Positions 47,470 to 61,192 are shown, numbered from the stretch's first letter. The stretch: DNA of 64,000 nucleotides from Betaproteobacteria bacterium (GCA_018969705.1 JAGWXV010000001.1:41128-105127), one strand, 5' to 3'. Notes: a model not told the origin generated them from the sequence alone. Program-made: numbers and translations.

Positions 47470-48669
47470 CTAAGCGGACCTCTGCAACACGAAGCCTTGA
47501 ACGGTCTGCGAGCGGGTCCGGGCGATACTCATGAGAATGCCGGCGCCAAAGCCCAGCGTGACCATTGCCGTGCCGCCATAAGACATCCAAGGCAGCGGCA
47601 CGCCCACCACGGGGAGCACCCCTGTCACCATGCCCATATTGACAAATGCGTAATTGAAAATGGTGAGCGAAATTGCTCCGGCTAAAAGCCGGGAAAATAA
47701 TGTTGGCGCGCCAATCGCGATCCAGAGGCCGCGCAGAATTAATCCCGCATAAAGACTTAACAGCAGCAGATTGCCCAGCAATCCAAACTCCTCGGAGTAG
47801 GCCGCAAAAAGAAAGTCGGTAGTGCGCTCTGGAATAAATTCCAGATGGGTCTGTGTGCCCTGCATCCAGCCCTTACCGAAAATGCCGCCCGAGCCCACGG
47901 CGATAATCGACTGAATGATATGAAAGCCCTTGCCCAGCGGGTCGCGCATTGGATCCAGCAGTGTGCAGACACGCTGGCGCTGATACTCCCGCAGTCCCGG
48001 CCAGTTCACGCCATCCGCACAGGCTGCATCTCCGAACACAATCAGCAACAGCACCCCAAGCACTCCGATTCCGAGGGCCACCAACACCAGACGCCACGGC
48101 AGGCCTGCAAAAAATAAAACAAAGAGCCCCGCTGAGAACACAAGTATGGCGGTACCCAAATCGGGCTGGGCAAGAATGAAAGCGGTGGGCACCATTAAGA
48201 GCAATACCGCCATCAGCCAATGCTGAAGCGTGCGTAAGCCCTCGACCCGATGGACAAGCCAGGCGAGCATCATTGGCATTGCAATTTTCATCAGCTCGGA
48301 GGGCTGAATCCGCGTAATGCCAATATTTAACCAGCGGCGGGCGCCCTTTGAGACATCACCAAATAAGGCGACCGCCAACAGCAGCAAGACACCCAGAACA
48401 AACAAGGGCACAGCAACGCGATGAATCATGCCGGGAGGAATATGGGCGACAAGCCACATAATTAAAACCGCGATACCAAGATTGCGAATATGGCCAATAA
48501 ACCGGCCATCAAAATCATTACCAGCGCTGTAAAGCGTGATGGTCGAAAGAAAAGCAATTCCCATAAAGAACAGCATAAATGGGCCATCGAAAACCGCGAC
48601 CCAAGGCTGAATCCTTAGCCAGATGCCCCGCCAACCCCTCGGAATAATCTCACTGGCCACGGGCTGCAC
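47470..48669 (-). CDS. rodA: Rod shape-determining protein RodA
   Basis: GARRW, IQPSELMK, QPDLGT, IIAVGSGG and GVPLPWMSYGG SEDS motifs. Confidence 0.96.
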   Translation of the reverse strand: MQPVASEIIPRGWRGIWLRIQPWVAVFDGPFMLFFMGIAFLSTITLYSAGNDFDGRFIGHIRNLGIAVLIMWLVAHIPPGMIHRVAVPLFVLGVLLLLAVALFGDVSKGARRWLNIGITRIQPSELMKIAMPMMLAWLVHRVEGLRTLQHWLMAVLLLMVPTAFILAQPDLGTAILVFSAGLFVLFFAGLPWRLVLVALGIGVLGVLLLIVFGDAACADGVNWPGLREYQRQRVCTLLDPMRDPLGKGFHIIQSIIAVGSGGIFGKGWMQGTQTHLEFIPERTTDFLFAAYSEEFGLLGNLLLLSLYAGLILRGLWIAIGAPTLFSRLLAGAISLTIFNYAFVNMGMVTGVLPVVGVPLPWMSYGGTAMVTLGFGAGILMSIARTRSQTVQGFVLQRSA

Positions 48670-50494
48670 CCTTTTTTAGCAAGACATGATCAAAGACAAG
48701 CCGCGCAATCGGAGCGGCCGCAGCCGCACCGAATCCACCGTTTTCCACAATCAGCGCTACCGCCACTTCCGGCTGCTCAGCAGGTGCAAATGCCATATAC
48801 AGTGAATGGTCCCGGTGTCGCTCAGCGACTCGAGAAGCATTGTATTTTTCATTCTGCCCAATGCTAATTACCTGTGCGGTGCCTGTCTTGCCGGCCACGC
48901 GATAGGGTGCGCCTGCGAAAACCCGCGCGCCCGTTCCTGATTTATTCACCTCCACCATCGCATCGATCACCAGATCTAAGTGTTTATAACTGACCTCGAC
49001 CTTGCGCAGAAGCTCAGGCTCTGTCTTGATGACATCGCCGGTGTTGGGATCCTCGATTGCTTTCACTAACTTGGGCTTCATGATGACGCCGCGGTTGGCC
49101 AATCCGGCAGTCGCAACCGCCATCTGCAGCATCGAAAATGAGTTGTAACCCTGTCCAATTCCAATCGACATATTCTCGCCAGGATGCCAGGGCTGCTTAA
49201 AACGCTCCATCTTCCATTTTGAAGAGGGCAAAATACCATTGACCTCGCCAATCAGATCAACGCCGGTCTTCTGCCCAAATCCCCAGGGCTCGACATACTG
49301 ATGAATCATATCCACGCCCATATCGCGGGCAACGATGTAGTAATAGGTATCGCTGGAGACCACAATAGATTTACGCAAATCCACTACGCCATTGCCCTCG
49401 GGCTTACTATCGCGAAACTTGTGATTGCCAAACATGAAAAACCCGGGATCATTGATGGTGTCCTCTGGCTTTCGGGTGCCTGACTCCAACGCTGCCAAGG
49501 CCATGAAAGGCTTATACGTCGATCCAGGCGGATAGGTGCCACGTAGCGGCCGATTCAAAAGCGGCTTATCCGGGGAATTATTCAGCGCGTCCCACGTGGT
49601 CGAATCAATGCCATCAATAAATAGCGCAGGGTTAAAGTTGGGCATCGACACAAAAGCAAGAATTTCCCCAGTCGCAGGCACAAGAGCGACCAGGGCGCCA
49701 CGACGCTTGCCGTAGGCCTGCTCGATCGTCCGCTGCAACTCACCATCAATCGAGAGCCGCAGATTCTGGCCGGGCACCGGCAGCCGGCGCGCCAAGCTTC
49801 TGACCATTCGGCCACCCGCCGTAATCTCCATGCGATCAAAGCCAGTCCTTCCGCGCAGCTGCTCTTCATAGGCCTGCTCAAGCCCCAGCTTTCCAATATG
49901 TGAGGTTCCAAAATAACTCGAAGCTAAATCAGACTGCTCAATGCGCTCACGATCGCGCCGCGAGATTCGGCCGATGTGGCCCAGCAGGTGGGACGACGAG
50001 TCACCGTAGGGGTAGTAGCGCATGCTGCGCACGTTAACGGAAACCCCCGGCAGCTGATGGAGATGCACAACAACACGGGCCACCTCTGCATCATTTAATG
50101 TCGGCCGCAACGGAATCGTATCGAATCGACGAAGCTCGCTTTTTAGCCTGCGAAATCGGCGCAGGTCAAGCTCATCAATCTTGATCAGCGTTCCCAAAAA
50201 ATGCAGTGTCTCCTCGAGATTGGGCACCTTATGGGGCTCGATCTCCAGCGCAAAGGCAGAGCCGTTACGGGCAATGATGTTCCCATGGCGATCAAAGATT
50301 TCACCGCGGGGCGCCTGCACCGGCAGCAAGGCGACACGATTTTCCTCTGAGAGCGCATGAAAGTCGTAGTAGCGCCAGACCTGGAGATACGCAAATCGCA
50401 TTATCAACAGCGCAAATGCAGCCAGCACAAGTGCCGCAACAAAAGAGGCGCGCAGCCGAAAATCTTTCGAGTCGTTGGCGCGAAATTCAGTCAT
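48650..50494 (-). CDS. mrdA: Penicillin-binding protein 2
   Basis: STYK (SxxK), SSD and KTG motifs; PRGEIFDR. Confidence 0.96.
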   Translation of the reverse strand: MTEFRANDSKDFRLRASFVAALVLAAFALLIMRFAYLQVWRYYDFHALSEENRVALLPVQAPRGEIFDRHGNIIARNGSAFALEIEPHKVPNLEETLHFLGTLIKIDELDLRRFRRLKSELRRFDTIPLRPTLNDAEVARVVVHLHQLPGVSVNVRSMRYYPYGDSSSHLLGHIGRISRRDRERIEQSDLASSYFGTSHIGKLGLEQAYEEQLRGRTGFDRMEITAGGRMVRSLARRLPVPGQNLRLSIDGELQRTIEQAYGKRRGALVALVPATGEILAFVSMPNFNPALFIDGIDSTTWDALNNSPDKPLLNRPLRGTYPPGSTYKPFMALAALESGTRKPEDTINDPGFFMFGNHKFRDSKPEGNGVVDLRKSIVVSSDTYYYIVARDMGVDMIHQYVEPWGFGQKTGVDLIGEVNGILPSSKWKMERFKQPWHPGENMSIGIGQGYNSFSMLQMAVATAGLANRGVIMKPKLVKAIEDPNTGDVIKTEPELLRKVEVSYKHLDLVIDAMVEVNKSGTGARVFAGAPYRVAGKTGTAQVISIGQNEKYNASRVAERHRDHSLYMAFAPAEQPEVAVALIVENGGFGAAAAAPIARLVFDHVLLKKGAARGQ

Positions 50495-50517
50495 CACTTA
50501 CTCAAAACTCCGGATGC

Positions 50518-51033
50518 CTAACGGCCAATTGCCGCAGTTGAACTCTGCGGCCGATTTAATCGGTTCAAAATGCCAGTGGTAACGGGCAGCCAGAGTGCGG
50601 CAGTTAACAGCGGTGAGATAAAAAATGTCCAATTCGGGCCGATGCCTGAAAAGAATAGATGGACCACCACCACAATCAACTTTGCCAAAAAAAATAAAGG
50701 CAGCAGCTGCAGGGCCTGACCGCCAAGGGAGTACCAGAGCAGCCGACGATGCAGGGCGATAGCACCGTACGATAAAACTGAATACGCAAGTGCGTGCTGG
50801 CCGAGCAAAGATCCCGCATGAACATCCATTAGCAGGCCCAATAGCCAAGCCAATGCAATGCCCACACGTCGCGGCTGAAAAATATTCCAAAACACTAAAA
50901 TCAGCGCAAGAAAATCCGGCGCGGGGAATCCGCCCCAGGGCAGCATTTCCAGAGCAAACGCTACGGCGATCGATCCTGTGATCATCGATGTTGTGGGTGC
51001 TCTACCCAGCATGGTGCGCTTCATTTCCAGCAC
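50518..51033 (-). CDS. mreD: Rod shape-determining protein MreD
   Basis: PDFLAL...FW and GLLMDV...LLGQHAL motifs. Confidence 0.92.
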   Translation of the reverse strand: MLEMKRTMLGRAPTTSMITGSIAVAFALEMLPWGGFPAPDFLALILVFWNIFQPRRVGIALAWLLGLLMDVHAGSLLGQHALAYSVLSYGAIALHRRLLWYSLGGQALQLLPLFFLAKLIVVVVHLFFSGIGPNWTFFISPLLTAALWLPVTTGILNRLNRPQSSTAAIGR

Positions 51034-51034
51034 C

Positions 51035-51943
51035 TCATTTATTCATCTCGCTTCTTGCTTTCGGGATCGGCCGATCCAGCTCGCGCGGAGCAGGCGGAAT
51101 TAATTCCTGATCAATCAGAATCACTAAGACATGCTGCAGGGTTCCGATCGGCGCCACCGGGGTTGAAGTGATGCGCGGAAACTGTCCGCTACCGGCCCGC
51201 TCAACCCGATTGATTTTTGCAACCGGCAGTCCACTTGGATAAAGGCCATCAAGGCCTGAAGTCACCAGAACATCGCCGACATCCACCTCGGCATTGATGT
51301 TGAGATATTTAAGTTCAACCTGTTGGCCATCACCGGTGCCCGAGGCCAGACTGCGAAGGCCTGAGCGCGGCAGCGCGACCGGGATCATCAGCGATGGATC
51401 GGTCACCAAAGAGACCTCGGCCGTGATCGGCGAGACTCGGACCACCTGGCCGACGACACCCTGGGCATTAATCACCGGGTGGCCCGGCGCTACGCCATGC
51501 TGGCTGCCCCGATCAATCACGATGCGATTTGAAAACGCATCCCGAGTCTCATGGCTGATTTGAGCGGTAAGTGTTTTGTGCTTGACCGACTTTCGGAGAT
51601 CTAAAAGCGTGCGAAGGCTTTCGTTTTCTGTTCGCAGCCGCTCAATTTGGAGCAGGCTCTCAGAGTTCTCGATTTCTTTTCGCTCGAGCGTCACCCGCTG
51701 ACCCACAAGGTCGGAGACCGCTGCGCCATAACGGGCAAACCAGATCACCCCATCGCGGGGCAGAATCAGGAGTTGCTCGATGGGATAAAGCACCATGGAG
51801 AGCCCCTGCCGCAGGGGCTTCAAAATGCCAAAGTGCAGATCTGAATACAGCATTCCAATCGCTGCGATTACAGCGATCAGCATCCGAAGCCGGGCGGGAA
51901 GGCCTTGTTTAAAAAGCGGTGGAGGACTCTGCGAAAGTGCCAT
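51035..51943 (-). CDS. mreC: Rod shape-determining protein MreC
   Basis: Coiled coil ENESLR.LL, IDRG, GVVGQV and TSGLDG.YP.G motifs. Confidence 0.95.
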   Translation of the reverse strand: MALSQSPPPLFKQGLPARLRMLIAVIAAIGMLYSDLHFGILKPLRQGLSMVLYPIEQLLILPRDGVIWFARYGAAVSDLVGQRVTLERKEIENSESLLQIERLRTENESLRTLLDLRKSVKHKTLTAQISHETRDAFSNRIVIDRGSQHGVAPGHPVINAQGVVGQVVRVSPITAEVSLVTDPSLMIPVALPRSGLRSLASGTGDGQQVELKYLNINAEVDVGDVLVTSGLDGLYPSGLPVAKINRVERAGSGQFPRITSTPVAPIGTLQHVLVILIDQELIPPAPRELDRPIPKARSEMNK

Positions 51944-51964
51944 ATCTAAACGATGGCACCCCCC

Positions 51965-53352
<1,388 letters not shown>

Positions 53353-53356
<4 letters not shown>

Positions 53357-54894
53357 ACACCGCGATTCCGCCGTTTTCAGACCTCTCGGGCCTGGCCGCA
53401 GGCCTGGCCCGGCGGGACTTCAGCGCTGTGGAGCTTGCCCAGTGGACGCTGGACCGGCTGGCCGCCGATCAGACCAATTCGGTGCTCTCGCTTTTGCCCG
53501 AGGCGACACTCGGCCAGGCCAAGGCGGCCCAGCAGCGGCTTGATGCCGCGGATTCTGGATCAATGCAGCAAAAGGGGCCCGGGTTTTCATTACTGGGATT
53601 GCCGATTGCTCATAAAGATATTTTTGTCACCCGCGGCTGGCCAACGACGGCCGCCTCGAAGATTCTCCGTGGCTACTTAAGCCCCTTCGATGCGACCGTT
53701 GTCCAACGCCTGGCGACAGCCGGCATGGTCTGCACCGCAAAACTGAACTGTGATGAATTCGCGATGGGCTCAGGCAACACCCACTCCGCCTTTGGTCCAG
53801 TGAAAAACCCCTGGGATCCGATTGCTGTGCCGGGCGGATCATCGGGCGGCTCCGCGGCGGCCGTCGCGGCGGGCCATATCCCTGCTGCCACCGGGACCGA
53901 CACGGGAGGGTCGATTCGTCAGCCCTCGGCCATGTGCGGACTTACAGGTATTAAGCCCACCTACGGCCGGGCCTCGCGATGGGGGATGATCGCCTACGCT
54001 TCCAGCCTCGATCAGGCCGGTCCGATTGCAAGAACCGCACTGGACTGTGCGGTGCTGCTTGCGGCGATGTGTGGCTTTGATTCCAAAGATTCCACCAGCC
54101 TACAGCTCGAAGAAGAGAATTTCGCAGCAGGGATCGATCAGCCATTTTCGGGGGCGCCTGCAAATGCGCCGCTGTCGGGCCTTCGGGTGGGCCTGCCGAA
54201 AGAATTTTTTGCAGAAGGCCTCACCGCCGAAGTGCGATCGGCCATCGATCAAGCAGTCGGGGAGCTGACACGCCTGGGTGCCACGGCCTGCGAGGTCAGC
54301 CTGCCAAGGACCGCGCTCAGCATTCCAGCGTATTACGTCATCGCGCCCGCCGAGGCCTCAAGCAACCTCAGCCGATTTGATGGCGTGCGCTATGGCCATC
54401 GGGCTTCAGCGCCAAAAGACCTTCTTGATTTGTACTGCCGGTCTCGGGCTGAGGGCTTTGGGGCCGAGGTGAAACGCCGAATTCTGATTGGCACTTTTGT
54501 GCTTTCACACGGCTACTACGATGCCTATTACATCCAGGCCCAACGTGTGCGGCGGCTTGTTGCCCAGGACTTTGATGCGGCATTCCAGGATTGCGACTTA
54601 ATTGCCGGGCCTGTTACGCCCACGGTTGCTTGGAACATCGACCAAGCGGCGAGCGACCCACTGCAGGAATATCTCGCTGACATCTACACGCTTGGCGTAA
54701 ATCTCGCGGGCCTGCCCGCCCTATCAATGCCGGTTGGCCTTGGATCCGGCAGCGACACTGGAAAGCTCCGGCCAATCGGGATGCAACTCATCGCACCAAG
54801 GCTCAAAGAATCGCTGCTACTGAAGGCCGCCCATCATTTTCAATCGGCTACTGATTGGCATCGAAAAACGCCTGAACAGTTCGGAGCGGCGTGA
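53353..54894 (+). CDS. gatA: Asp/Glu-tRNA amidotransferase subunit A
   Basis: [23 protein letters not shown] and [13 protein letters not shown] amidase signature. Confidence 0.97.
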
Positions 54895-56345
54895 TGGGCT
54901 GGGAGATTGTGATTGGCCTGGAATGCCACGTACAGCTAAAGACCGCATCGAAAATATTTTCACCGGCATCGACCCAGTTCGGTGCCGCTCCAAATACGCA
55001 GGCCCATATGGTCGACATGGCGCTGCCCGGTGTTTTGCCAGTCATGAATCGCGAAGCCGCCGCCTGCGCGATACGGCTTGGGCTTGCGGTGGGCGGACAG
55101 ATCGCCCATCGATCCATCTTCGCGAGAAAGAATTATTTTTACCCTGATCTTCCCAAGGGCTATCAGATTAGCCAGTATGAGACCCCGGTGGTCTCCGGCG
55201 GCCAGGTCGTGATCAGTATCGAGGGCCAGCAGCGTCCTATCGAACTCACGCGGGCCCATCTGGAAGAAGATGCTGGAAAGTCAATCCATGAAGGCATCGC
55301 GGCGATACCTGCGGGCTGCTCAGGAATCGATTTAAATCGGGCAGGAACACCACTTTTAGAAATTGTGAGCGAGCCTGTAATGCGCTCCGCAAAAGAGGCG
55401 GCAGCTTACGCACGCGCACTGCACAGCCTAGTAACCTGGATCGGGATTTGCGATGGCAATCTGCAAGAGGGCTCATTTCGCGTGGATGCCAATGTGTCGG
55501 TGCGGCCAGCTGGCCAGCGAGAATTTGGTACTCGCTGTGAAATCAAAAATCTAAACTCTTTTCGCTTTCTCGAGCGGGCTATTGAGATCGAGGCCCAGCG
55601 GCAGGTCGAACTGATTGAAGACGGCGGTCAAGTGATTCAAGAGACCCGTCTCTATGATCCTGATGCTGAGCAAACCCGTGCCATGCGGTCAAAAGAGGAT
55701 GCCCATGACTACCGCTATTTCCCGGACCCTGATCTGCCGCCATTGATCCTTGAGCCCGCATGGATTCAAGAAATCCAATCTCAGATGCCAGAGCTGCCCG
55801 GTGCCATGCGGACGCGGCTGACTGAGCAATTTGGTCTTTCTGAATACGATGCCTTAATGGTCTCCGCCACGCGCGGTACTGCCAATTATTTTTTTCAGGC
55901 CCTGGATGCCGGCCGATCACTCGGGGTTGATCCAAAGGCAATTGCCAACTGGATCATGGGTGATGTCGCCTCAAGTCTTAACCGAGATGGCCTGGAAATC
56001 GAACAATGCCGAGTCTCGGCAGTGCAGCTTGCCGGGCTCATTGCACGTATTGCCGATGGAACAGTCTCGAATAAGATCGGGCGTGAAATTTTTGCAAGCC
56101 TCTGGACCGGAGAGTTCGACTCAGCAGATGCGGTGATTTCCGCAAAGGGAATGCAGCAGATTCAAGATACGGGCCTGATTGCCCAGCTGGTCGATGAAGT
56201 CTTGGCTGGCAACCCCAAAATGGTGGAGGAATTTAAAGGCGGCAAAGACAAAGCCTTGAATGCCTTGGTGGGCCAGGTGATGAAAAAATCTCAGGGCAAA
56301 GCCAATCCTCAGCAGGTGACGGATTTGATCCGATCAAAACTCTAG
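54891..56345 (+). CDS. gatB: Asp/Glu-tRNA amidotransferase subunit B
   Basis: [32 protein letters not shown] and YRYFPDPDL motifs. Confidence 0.98.
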   Translation: MMGWEIVIGLECHVQLKTASKIFSPASTQFGAAPNTQAHMVDMALPGVLPVMNREAAACAIRLGLAVGGQIAHRSIFARKNYFYPDLPKGYQISQYETPVVSGGQVVISIEGQQRPIELTRAHLEEDAGKSIHEGIAAIPAGCSGIDLNRAGTPLLEIVSEPVMRSAKEAAAYARALHSLVTWIGICDGNLQEGSFRVDANVSVRPAGQREFGTRCEIKNLNSFRFLERAIEIEAQRQVELIEDGGQVIQETRLYDPDAEQTRAMRSKEDAHDYRYFPDPDLPPLILEPAWIQEIQSQMPELPGAMRTRLTEQFGLSEYDALMVSATRGTANYFFQALDAGRSLGVDPKAIANWIMGDVASSLNRDGLEIEQCRVSAVQLAGLIARIADGTVSNKIGREIFASLWTGEFDSADAVISAKGMQQIQDTGLIAQLVDEVLAGNPKMVEEFKGGKDKALNALVGQVMKKSQGKANPQQVTDLIRSKL

Positions 56346-56359
56346 ACCCATTACGTTTT

Positions 56360-57352
56360 ATGGTTTCCACGAACTCTTTTCATCAGCACGCGACTGCGGG
56401 CCAGCCAAAGGACCCAATCCGAGATTTTGGCGATGGAATTTTTGCACTGGACTCGGGCTACGTAAGAGATCAATTTGATGCGGTTCATTTGATGGTCGAG
56501 CAAGGCCGTGTTGCAGTGATTGATACCGCGACCCAGTATGCCGTTCCAAGAATTCTTGAAGCCCTCCGCGCCCTTGGCCTTGGCCCCGAGTCCGTCGACT
56601 GGATTTTGCTCACCCACATCCATCTGGATCATGCGGGCGGCGCGGGCGCCTTGCTTGAACGCTGCCCGAATGCTCGGGTCACCGTCCACCCCCGAGGTCT
56701 GAAGCATCTCGCTGACCCCTCTAAGCTCTGGGCGGCGGTCTGCGATGTCTACGGAACCGAAATGGCAATAAGGGAGTACGGCGGCATGGGCCCCATTCCG
56801 GTTGATCGGCTCATCGAAACGCCAGAAGGTGCAATGGTTGAACTCGCCGGCCGCAAGATCGAGTTCTGGGATGCGCCCGGCCATGCCCGGCATCATGTGT
56901 TCATTAGGGATTGCCGCAGCAATTCTTTTTTCACAGGCGACACCTTTGGGATTTCCTATCGGGATTTTGATACTGCCCAGGGGGCTTATGTTTTTGTGAC
57001 CTCCTCGCCATCACAATTTGACCCCGAAAAATTCAAGGCCTCGGTTCGCCGGATCTCTGATGCGGCCCCGCCCGCGGTCTATCTGACCCACTATGCACAG
57101 GTCCGAGATGTCGGCCGGCATGCCCAGCACCTGATCAAGCAAATTGATGATTTCTGCGAGATTGCTCTTGCGCACCAGGGCGCGGGGCCGGCCCGGGCCG
57201 GCCTGATTCGAGAAGACTTAGCCCGGCTGATCGTCGGCGAGCTCCGCGATCACGGGGTGACCCTATCGGATGCGGCCTGCCGAGAAGTCCTTGCGCTGGA
57301 TTTACAACTCAACAGTGATGGCTTGGTCTGCTGGCTAGACAGTCTAAAATAG
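56360..57352 (+). CDS. MBL-fold metallo-hydrolase
   Basis: THIHLDHAGG, PGHARHH, FTGD and THY motifs. Confidence 0.92.
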   Translation: MVSTNSFHQHATAGQPKDPIRDFGDGIFALDSGYVRDQFDAVHLMVEQGRVAVIDTATQYAVPRILEALRALGLGPESVDWILLTHIHLDHAGGAGALLERCPNARVTVHPRGLKHLADPSKLWAAVCDVYGTEMAIREYGGMGPIPVDRLIETPEGAMVELAGRKIEFWDAPGHARHHVFIRDCRSNSFFTGDTFGISYRDFDTAQGAYVFVTSSPSQFDPEKFKASVRRISDAAPPAVYLTHYAQVRDVGRHAQHLIKQIDDFCEIALAHQGAGPARAGLIREDLARLIVGELRDHGVTLSDAACREVLALDLQLNSDGLVCWLDSLK

Positions 57353-57377
57353 TGGCCACTTCCACTGAAACCTGACC

Positions 57378-57408
57378 GCGGGGATCTCAGATCCCCGCTT
57401 TTATTTTT
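57378..57408 (+). terminator. Intrinsic-terminator-like hairpin directly before the metH ATG
   Basis: GCGGGGATC-TCA-GATCCCCGC followed by TTTTATTTTT. Confidence 0.65.
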
Positions 57409-60400
57409 ATGCCGAGCCTCATCCCCGAATCCCCTGCATTTGCCTTGCTGCGCCAGCAGCTGGCCAATCGCATCATGATTTTGGATGGGGCAACGGGCAC
57501 CATGATTCAGCAATACAAGCTGACCGAAGCGCAATACCGCGGCACTGATCGTGCCGAGCTCTCTGCCGATGTTCGGCAATCGATCGAATCGGCGATTGCA
57601 AAAGGCATTGATGTGAAAGGCAACAACGAGCTGCTGTCTCTAACGCGGCCAGAAGTAATTTCCGAAATTCACCATCAATATCTTGCAGCCGGTGCCGATA
57701 TTGTTGAAACCAATACCTTCGGGGCAACAACAATTGCGCAGGAAGATTACCGGCTGCCTGAGTTGGCCCGTCTGATGAATCTCGAGTCGGCCCGCTTGGC
57801 CCGCTTGGCCTGCGATCAGTTCTCGACCCCGGATCGGCCTCGATTCGTTGCGGGTGCCATCGGGCCAACACCGCGAACAGCTTCGATTTCCCCGGACGTC
57901 AACGATCCGGGAGCGCGCAACATCAATTTCGAGCAGCTGCGTCAGGCCTATCAAGAGCAAATCGAAGCCCTGCTGGATGGCGGGGCGGATCTGCTGTTAC
58001 TTGAGACCATCTTTGATACCTTAAACGCCAAGGCAGCGCTGTTTGCAATGGAATCTGTGTTCGAGGCCCGCCAGCAGCGTTGGCCCGTCATGATTTCAGG
58101 CACCATCACCGACGCTTCTGGCCGAATTCTCTCGGGCCAGACCGTCGAATCATTCTGGAACAGTGTCTCGCATGCTCGGCCGATTACGATCGGCCTGAAC
58201 TGCGCCCTCGGCGCCGCGCTGATGCGGCCCTATGTCGAGGAGATTTCAAAGCTTGCGGATACTGCGATTTGCATCTATCCAAATGCAGGCCTGCCCAATC
58301 CCATGGCGCCGACGGGCTTTGATGAGACGCCGCCGATTACCTCGGGCTTTTTGAAGGAATTCGCTGATCTCGGCTGGGTGAATATCGTCGGCGGCTGCTG
58401 CGGCACAACGCCTGAGCATATTCAAGCAATCGCCGATGCAGTGAAGTCTTTTACGCCAAGAAAGATTCCTTCGGTCGTGCCCAAGCTTCGGCTTGCTGGC
58501 TTAGAGGCCTGCAATATCGATGAGCAGTCTTTTTTCGTCAATGTGGGTGAGCGGACCAATGTGACCGGCTCCAAGCAGTTCGCTCGCCTCATTTTGGCTG
58601 GCGAGTACGAGCAGGCCATCGCGGTGGCCCGCCAGCAGGTTGAAAACGGCGCCCAGGTGATCGACGTCAACATGGATGAGGCCATGCTGGACTCCGAGGC
58701 GGCTATGGTGCGCTTTCTCAATCTGATTGCCTCAGAGCCGGATATCGCACGGGTGCCGATCATGATCGACTCCTCGAAGTGGAGCGTCATTGAGGCCGGC
58801 CTGCGCTGCGTTCAGGGTAAGGCAATTGTCAATTCAATCTCGATGAAAGAGGGCGAAGCAGAGTTTCTGCGGCAGGCGCGACTCTGCCGACACTACGGCG
58901 CAGCAGTCATCGTGATGGCCTTCGATGAGCAGGGCCAGGCCGATACCCTGCAGCGGCGAAAAGATATTTGCACCAGGGCCTATCGTCTTTTAACCGAAGA
59001 AGTTGATTTCCCTCCGCAAGACATTATTTTTGACCCTAATATTTTTGCGATTGCGACAGGCATTGAAGAACATAATGCCTACGCGATCGACTTTATCGAG
59101 GCCACCCGCTGGATTCGTCAGAATCTTCCATACGCCAAAATCTCAGGCGGTGTTTCTAATGTCAGCTTTTCATTTCGTGGCAACGATCCTGCCCGAGAGG
59201 CCATTCATACGGTGTTTCTCTACCATGCGGTGAAGGCCGGCATGACCATGGGCATCGTCAATGCGGGGCAGCTCGGTGTCTATGAAGACCTCGCACCGGA
59301 ATTACGCGAGCGCGTCGAAGACATTGTGCTCAATCGCCGGCCTGATGCTACCGAGCGGATGATTGATTTTGCTGCCACCTTAAAAGGCGAAGGCAAAAAA
59401 GAAGGGGCGCAGCTGCAATGGCGCAGCCTGGTCGCCGAGAAGCGTCTTGAACATGCCCTGGTCCACGGGCTTACCGAATTCATTGTCGAAGATACCGAGG
59501 AAGTCCGGCAGCAAGTCGCTGACCGCAATGGCCGGCCGATCGAGGTCATCGAGGGCCCCCTAATGGCGGGCATGAATGTGGTGGGAGACCTATTTTCCCA
59601 AGGAAAAATGTTTCTGCCGCAGGTGGTCAAGTCAGCCCGGGTGATGAAAGCAGCAGTTGCCCATCTGGTGCCCTTTATTGAAGAGGAGCAGCGGGCCTCG
59701 GGCACCACTCAGGCCAAAGGAAAAATCATCATCGCCACCGTGAAGGGGGATGTGCACGATATCGGCAAGAACATTGTTTCCGTAGTGCTCCAATGCAATA
59801 ACTTCGAGGTCGTGAATCTCGGCGTCATGGTGCCTGCCCAACAGATCCTGCAGGCCGCGCGCGACCACGACGCGGACATCATTGGCTTGTCGGGCCTGAT
59901 CACGCCCTCCCTCGAGGAAATGTCGTATGTCGCGAAAGAAATGGAGCGGGACGACTGGTGCCGCTGCAAACAGATTCCTTTGCTCATTGGGGGTGCGACT
60001 ACATCCCGCATCCACACCGCGGTCAAGATTGCGCCGAATTATTCGGGACCAGTCATCTGGGTGCCTGATGCAAGCCGTTCAGTGCCGGTCGCCCAGTCGC
60101 TGACCAGTGATGCCGCCCAAAAGGGCGCTTATCTCGGCGAGCTGGTGCGGGACTACCAAAAACTGCGGGAGCGTCATGCTGCTAAAACTGCCACGCCACT
60201 GCTCACCTTGGAGCAGGCGCGGGCCAATTCGCCCCGCATCGATTTCACAGAAAATCCGCCTCCTGCGCCAAAAGCGCTCGGCCGTCGCATCTTGAAGGCC
60301 TACGATCTGAATGAGTTAGTCGACACAATCGACTGGACTCCATTTTTTCAAACCTGGGATCTTGCCGGGCCCTTCCCGGCTATTCTTGATGATGCGGTCG

Positions 60401-61170
60401 TCGGGGTCCAGGCCCGCCAAGTCTATGCTGATGGCAAGGCCATGCTGGCTAAATTGCTGTCGCAAAGAAAACTCAGCGCAAATGGGGTGTTCGGGCTCTT
60501 TGCAGCACAGCGTACCGGGCCCGAAGACATCACGCTTTATTCGGATGAAAAGCGGCAGCATCCGATCCTGACGTGGATTGGGCTTCGCCAACAGACCCAA
60601 AAACCCAGCGGTGAATTCAATAAAAGCCTGGCGGATTATGTCGCCGACGCATCGAGTGCAATCGCAGATTATCTGGGTTGCTTCGCGGTCTGCATCCAAG
60701 GCGCCGACCAGCTGGCCAAGGACTATGAATCTCGGGGTGATGATTACAACGCGATTTTAGTAAAAGCAATTGCCGACCGACTCGCGGAGTCGTTTGCAGA
60801 GCGCCTGCATCAACGAATCCGCACTGAATTCTGGGGCTACGCTCCAAATGAACAGCTGAGCAATGAAAACTTGATCGCAGAAAAATATCAAGGCATCCGT
60901 CCGGCTCCGGGCTATCCATCTTGCCCCGATCACACCGTAAAGACGGCGCTCTTTCAGGCGCTTGGAGCCCATGAAATCGGCATGACGCTCACCGAAAATC
61001 TTGCCATGATGCCTGCCTCAGCCGTATCGGGATTTTATTTTTGGCATCCCCAATCACAGTACTTCAATCTCGGCACAATCGGCGAAGATCAGCTCAAAGA
61101 TTACGCGCAGCGGGCAGAGGTGAAAGAGGATGTCGCCCGCTCGCGACTCGCTCCGGCACTCGGTTTTTAG
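57409..61170 (+). CDS. metH: Cobalamin-dependent methionine synthase (single polypeptide)
   Basis: [29 protein letters not shown]12 motif and RPAPGYP reactivation domain. Confidence 0.98.
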   Translation: MPSLIPESPAFALLRQQLANRIMILDGATGTMIQQYKLTEAQYRGTDRAELSADVRQSIESAIAKGIDVKGNNELLSLTRPEVISEIHHQYLAAGADIVETNTFGATTIAQEDYRLPELARLMNLESARLARLACDQFSTPDRPRFVAGAIGPTPRTASISPDVNDPGARNINFEQLRQAYQEQIEALLDGGADLLLLETIFDTLNAKAALFAMESVFEARQQRWPVMISGTITDASGRILSGQTVESFWNSVSHARPITIGLNCALGAALMRPYVEEISKLADTAICIYPNAGLPNPMAPTGFDETPPITSGFLKEFADLGWVNIVGGCCGTTPEHIQAIADAVKSFTPRKIPSVVPKLRLAGLEACNIDEQSFFVNVGERTNVTGSKQFARLILAGEYEQAIAVARQQVENGAQVIDVNMDEAMLDSEAAMVRFLNLIASEPDIARVPIMIDSSKWSVIEAGLRCVQGKAIVNSISMKEGEAEFLRQARLCRHYGAAVIVMAFDEQGQADTLQRRKDICTRAYRLLTEEVDFPPQDIIFDPNIFAIATGIEEHNAYAIDFIEATRWIRQNLPYAKISGGVSNVSFSFRGNDPAREAIHTVFLYHAVKAGMTMGIVNAGQLGVYEDLAPELRERVEDIVLNRRPDATERMIDFAATLKGEGKKEGAQLQWRSLVAEKRLEHALVHGLTEFIVEDTEEVRQQVADRNGRPIEVIEGPLMAGMNVVGDLFSQGKMFLPQVVKSARVMKAAVAHLVPFIEEEQRASGTTQAKGKIIIATVKGDVHDIGKNIVSVVLQCNNFEVVNLGVMVPAQQILQAARDHDADIIGLSGLITPSLEEMSYVAKEMERDDWCRCKQIPLLIGGATTSRIHTAVKIAPNYSGPVIWVPDASRSVPVAQSLTSDAAQKGAYLGELVRDYQKLRERHAAKTATPLLTLEQARANSPRIDFTENPPPAPKALGRRILKAYDLNELVDTIDWTPFFQTWDLAGPFPAILDDAVVGVQARQVYADGKAMLAKLLSQRKLSANGVFGLFAAQRTGPEDITLYSDEKRQHPILTWIGLRQQTQKPSGEFNKSLADYVADASSAIADYLGCFAVCIQGADQLAKDYESRGDDYNAILVKAIADRLAESFAERLHQRIRTEFWGYAPNEQLSNENLIAEKYQGIRPAPGYPSCPDHTVKTALFQALGAHEIGMTLTENLAMMPASAVSGFYFWHPQSQYFNLGTIGEDQLKDYAQRAEVKEDVARSRLAPALGF

Positions 61171-61192
61171 CCGGCCAACATCGCCAAAACCC

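Noticed and set aside
57353-57408. Cobalamin or SAH riboswitch upstream of metH
   Set aside because: The 56-nt spacer is too short and lacks B12-box or GAGCG/CGCUC motifs; the hairpin is reported separately
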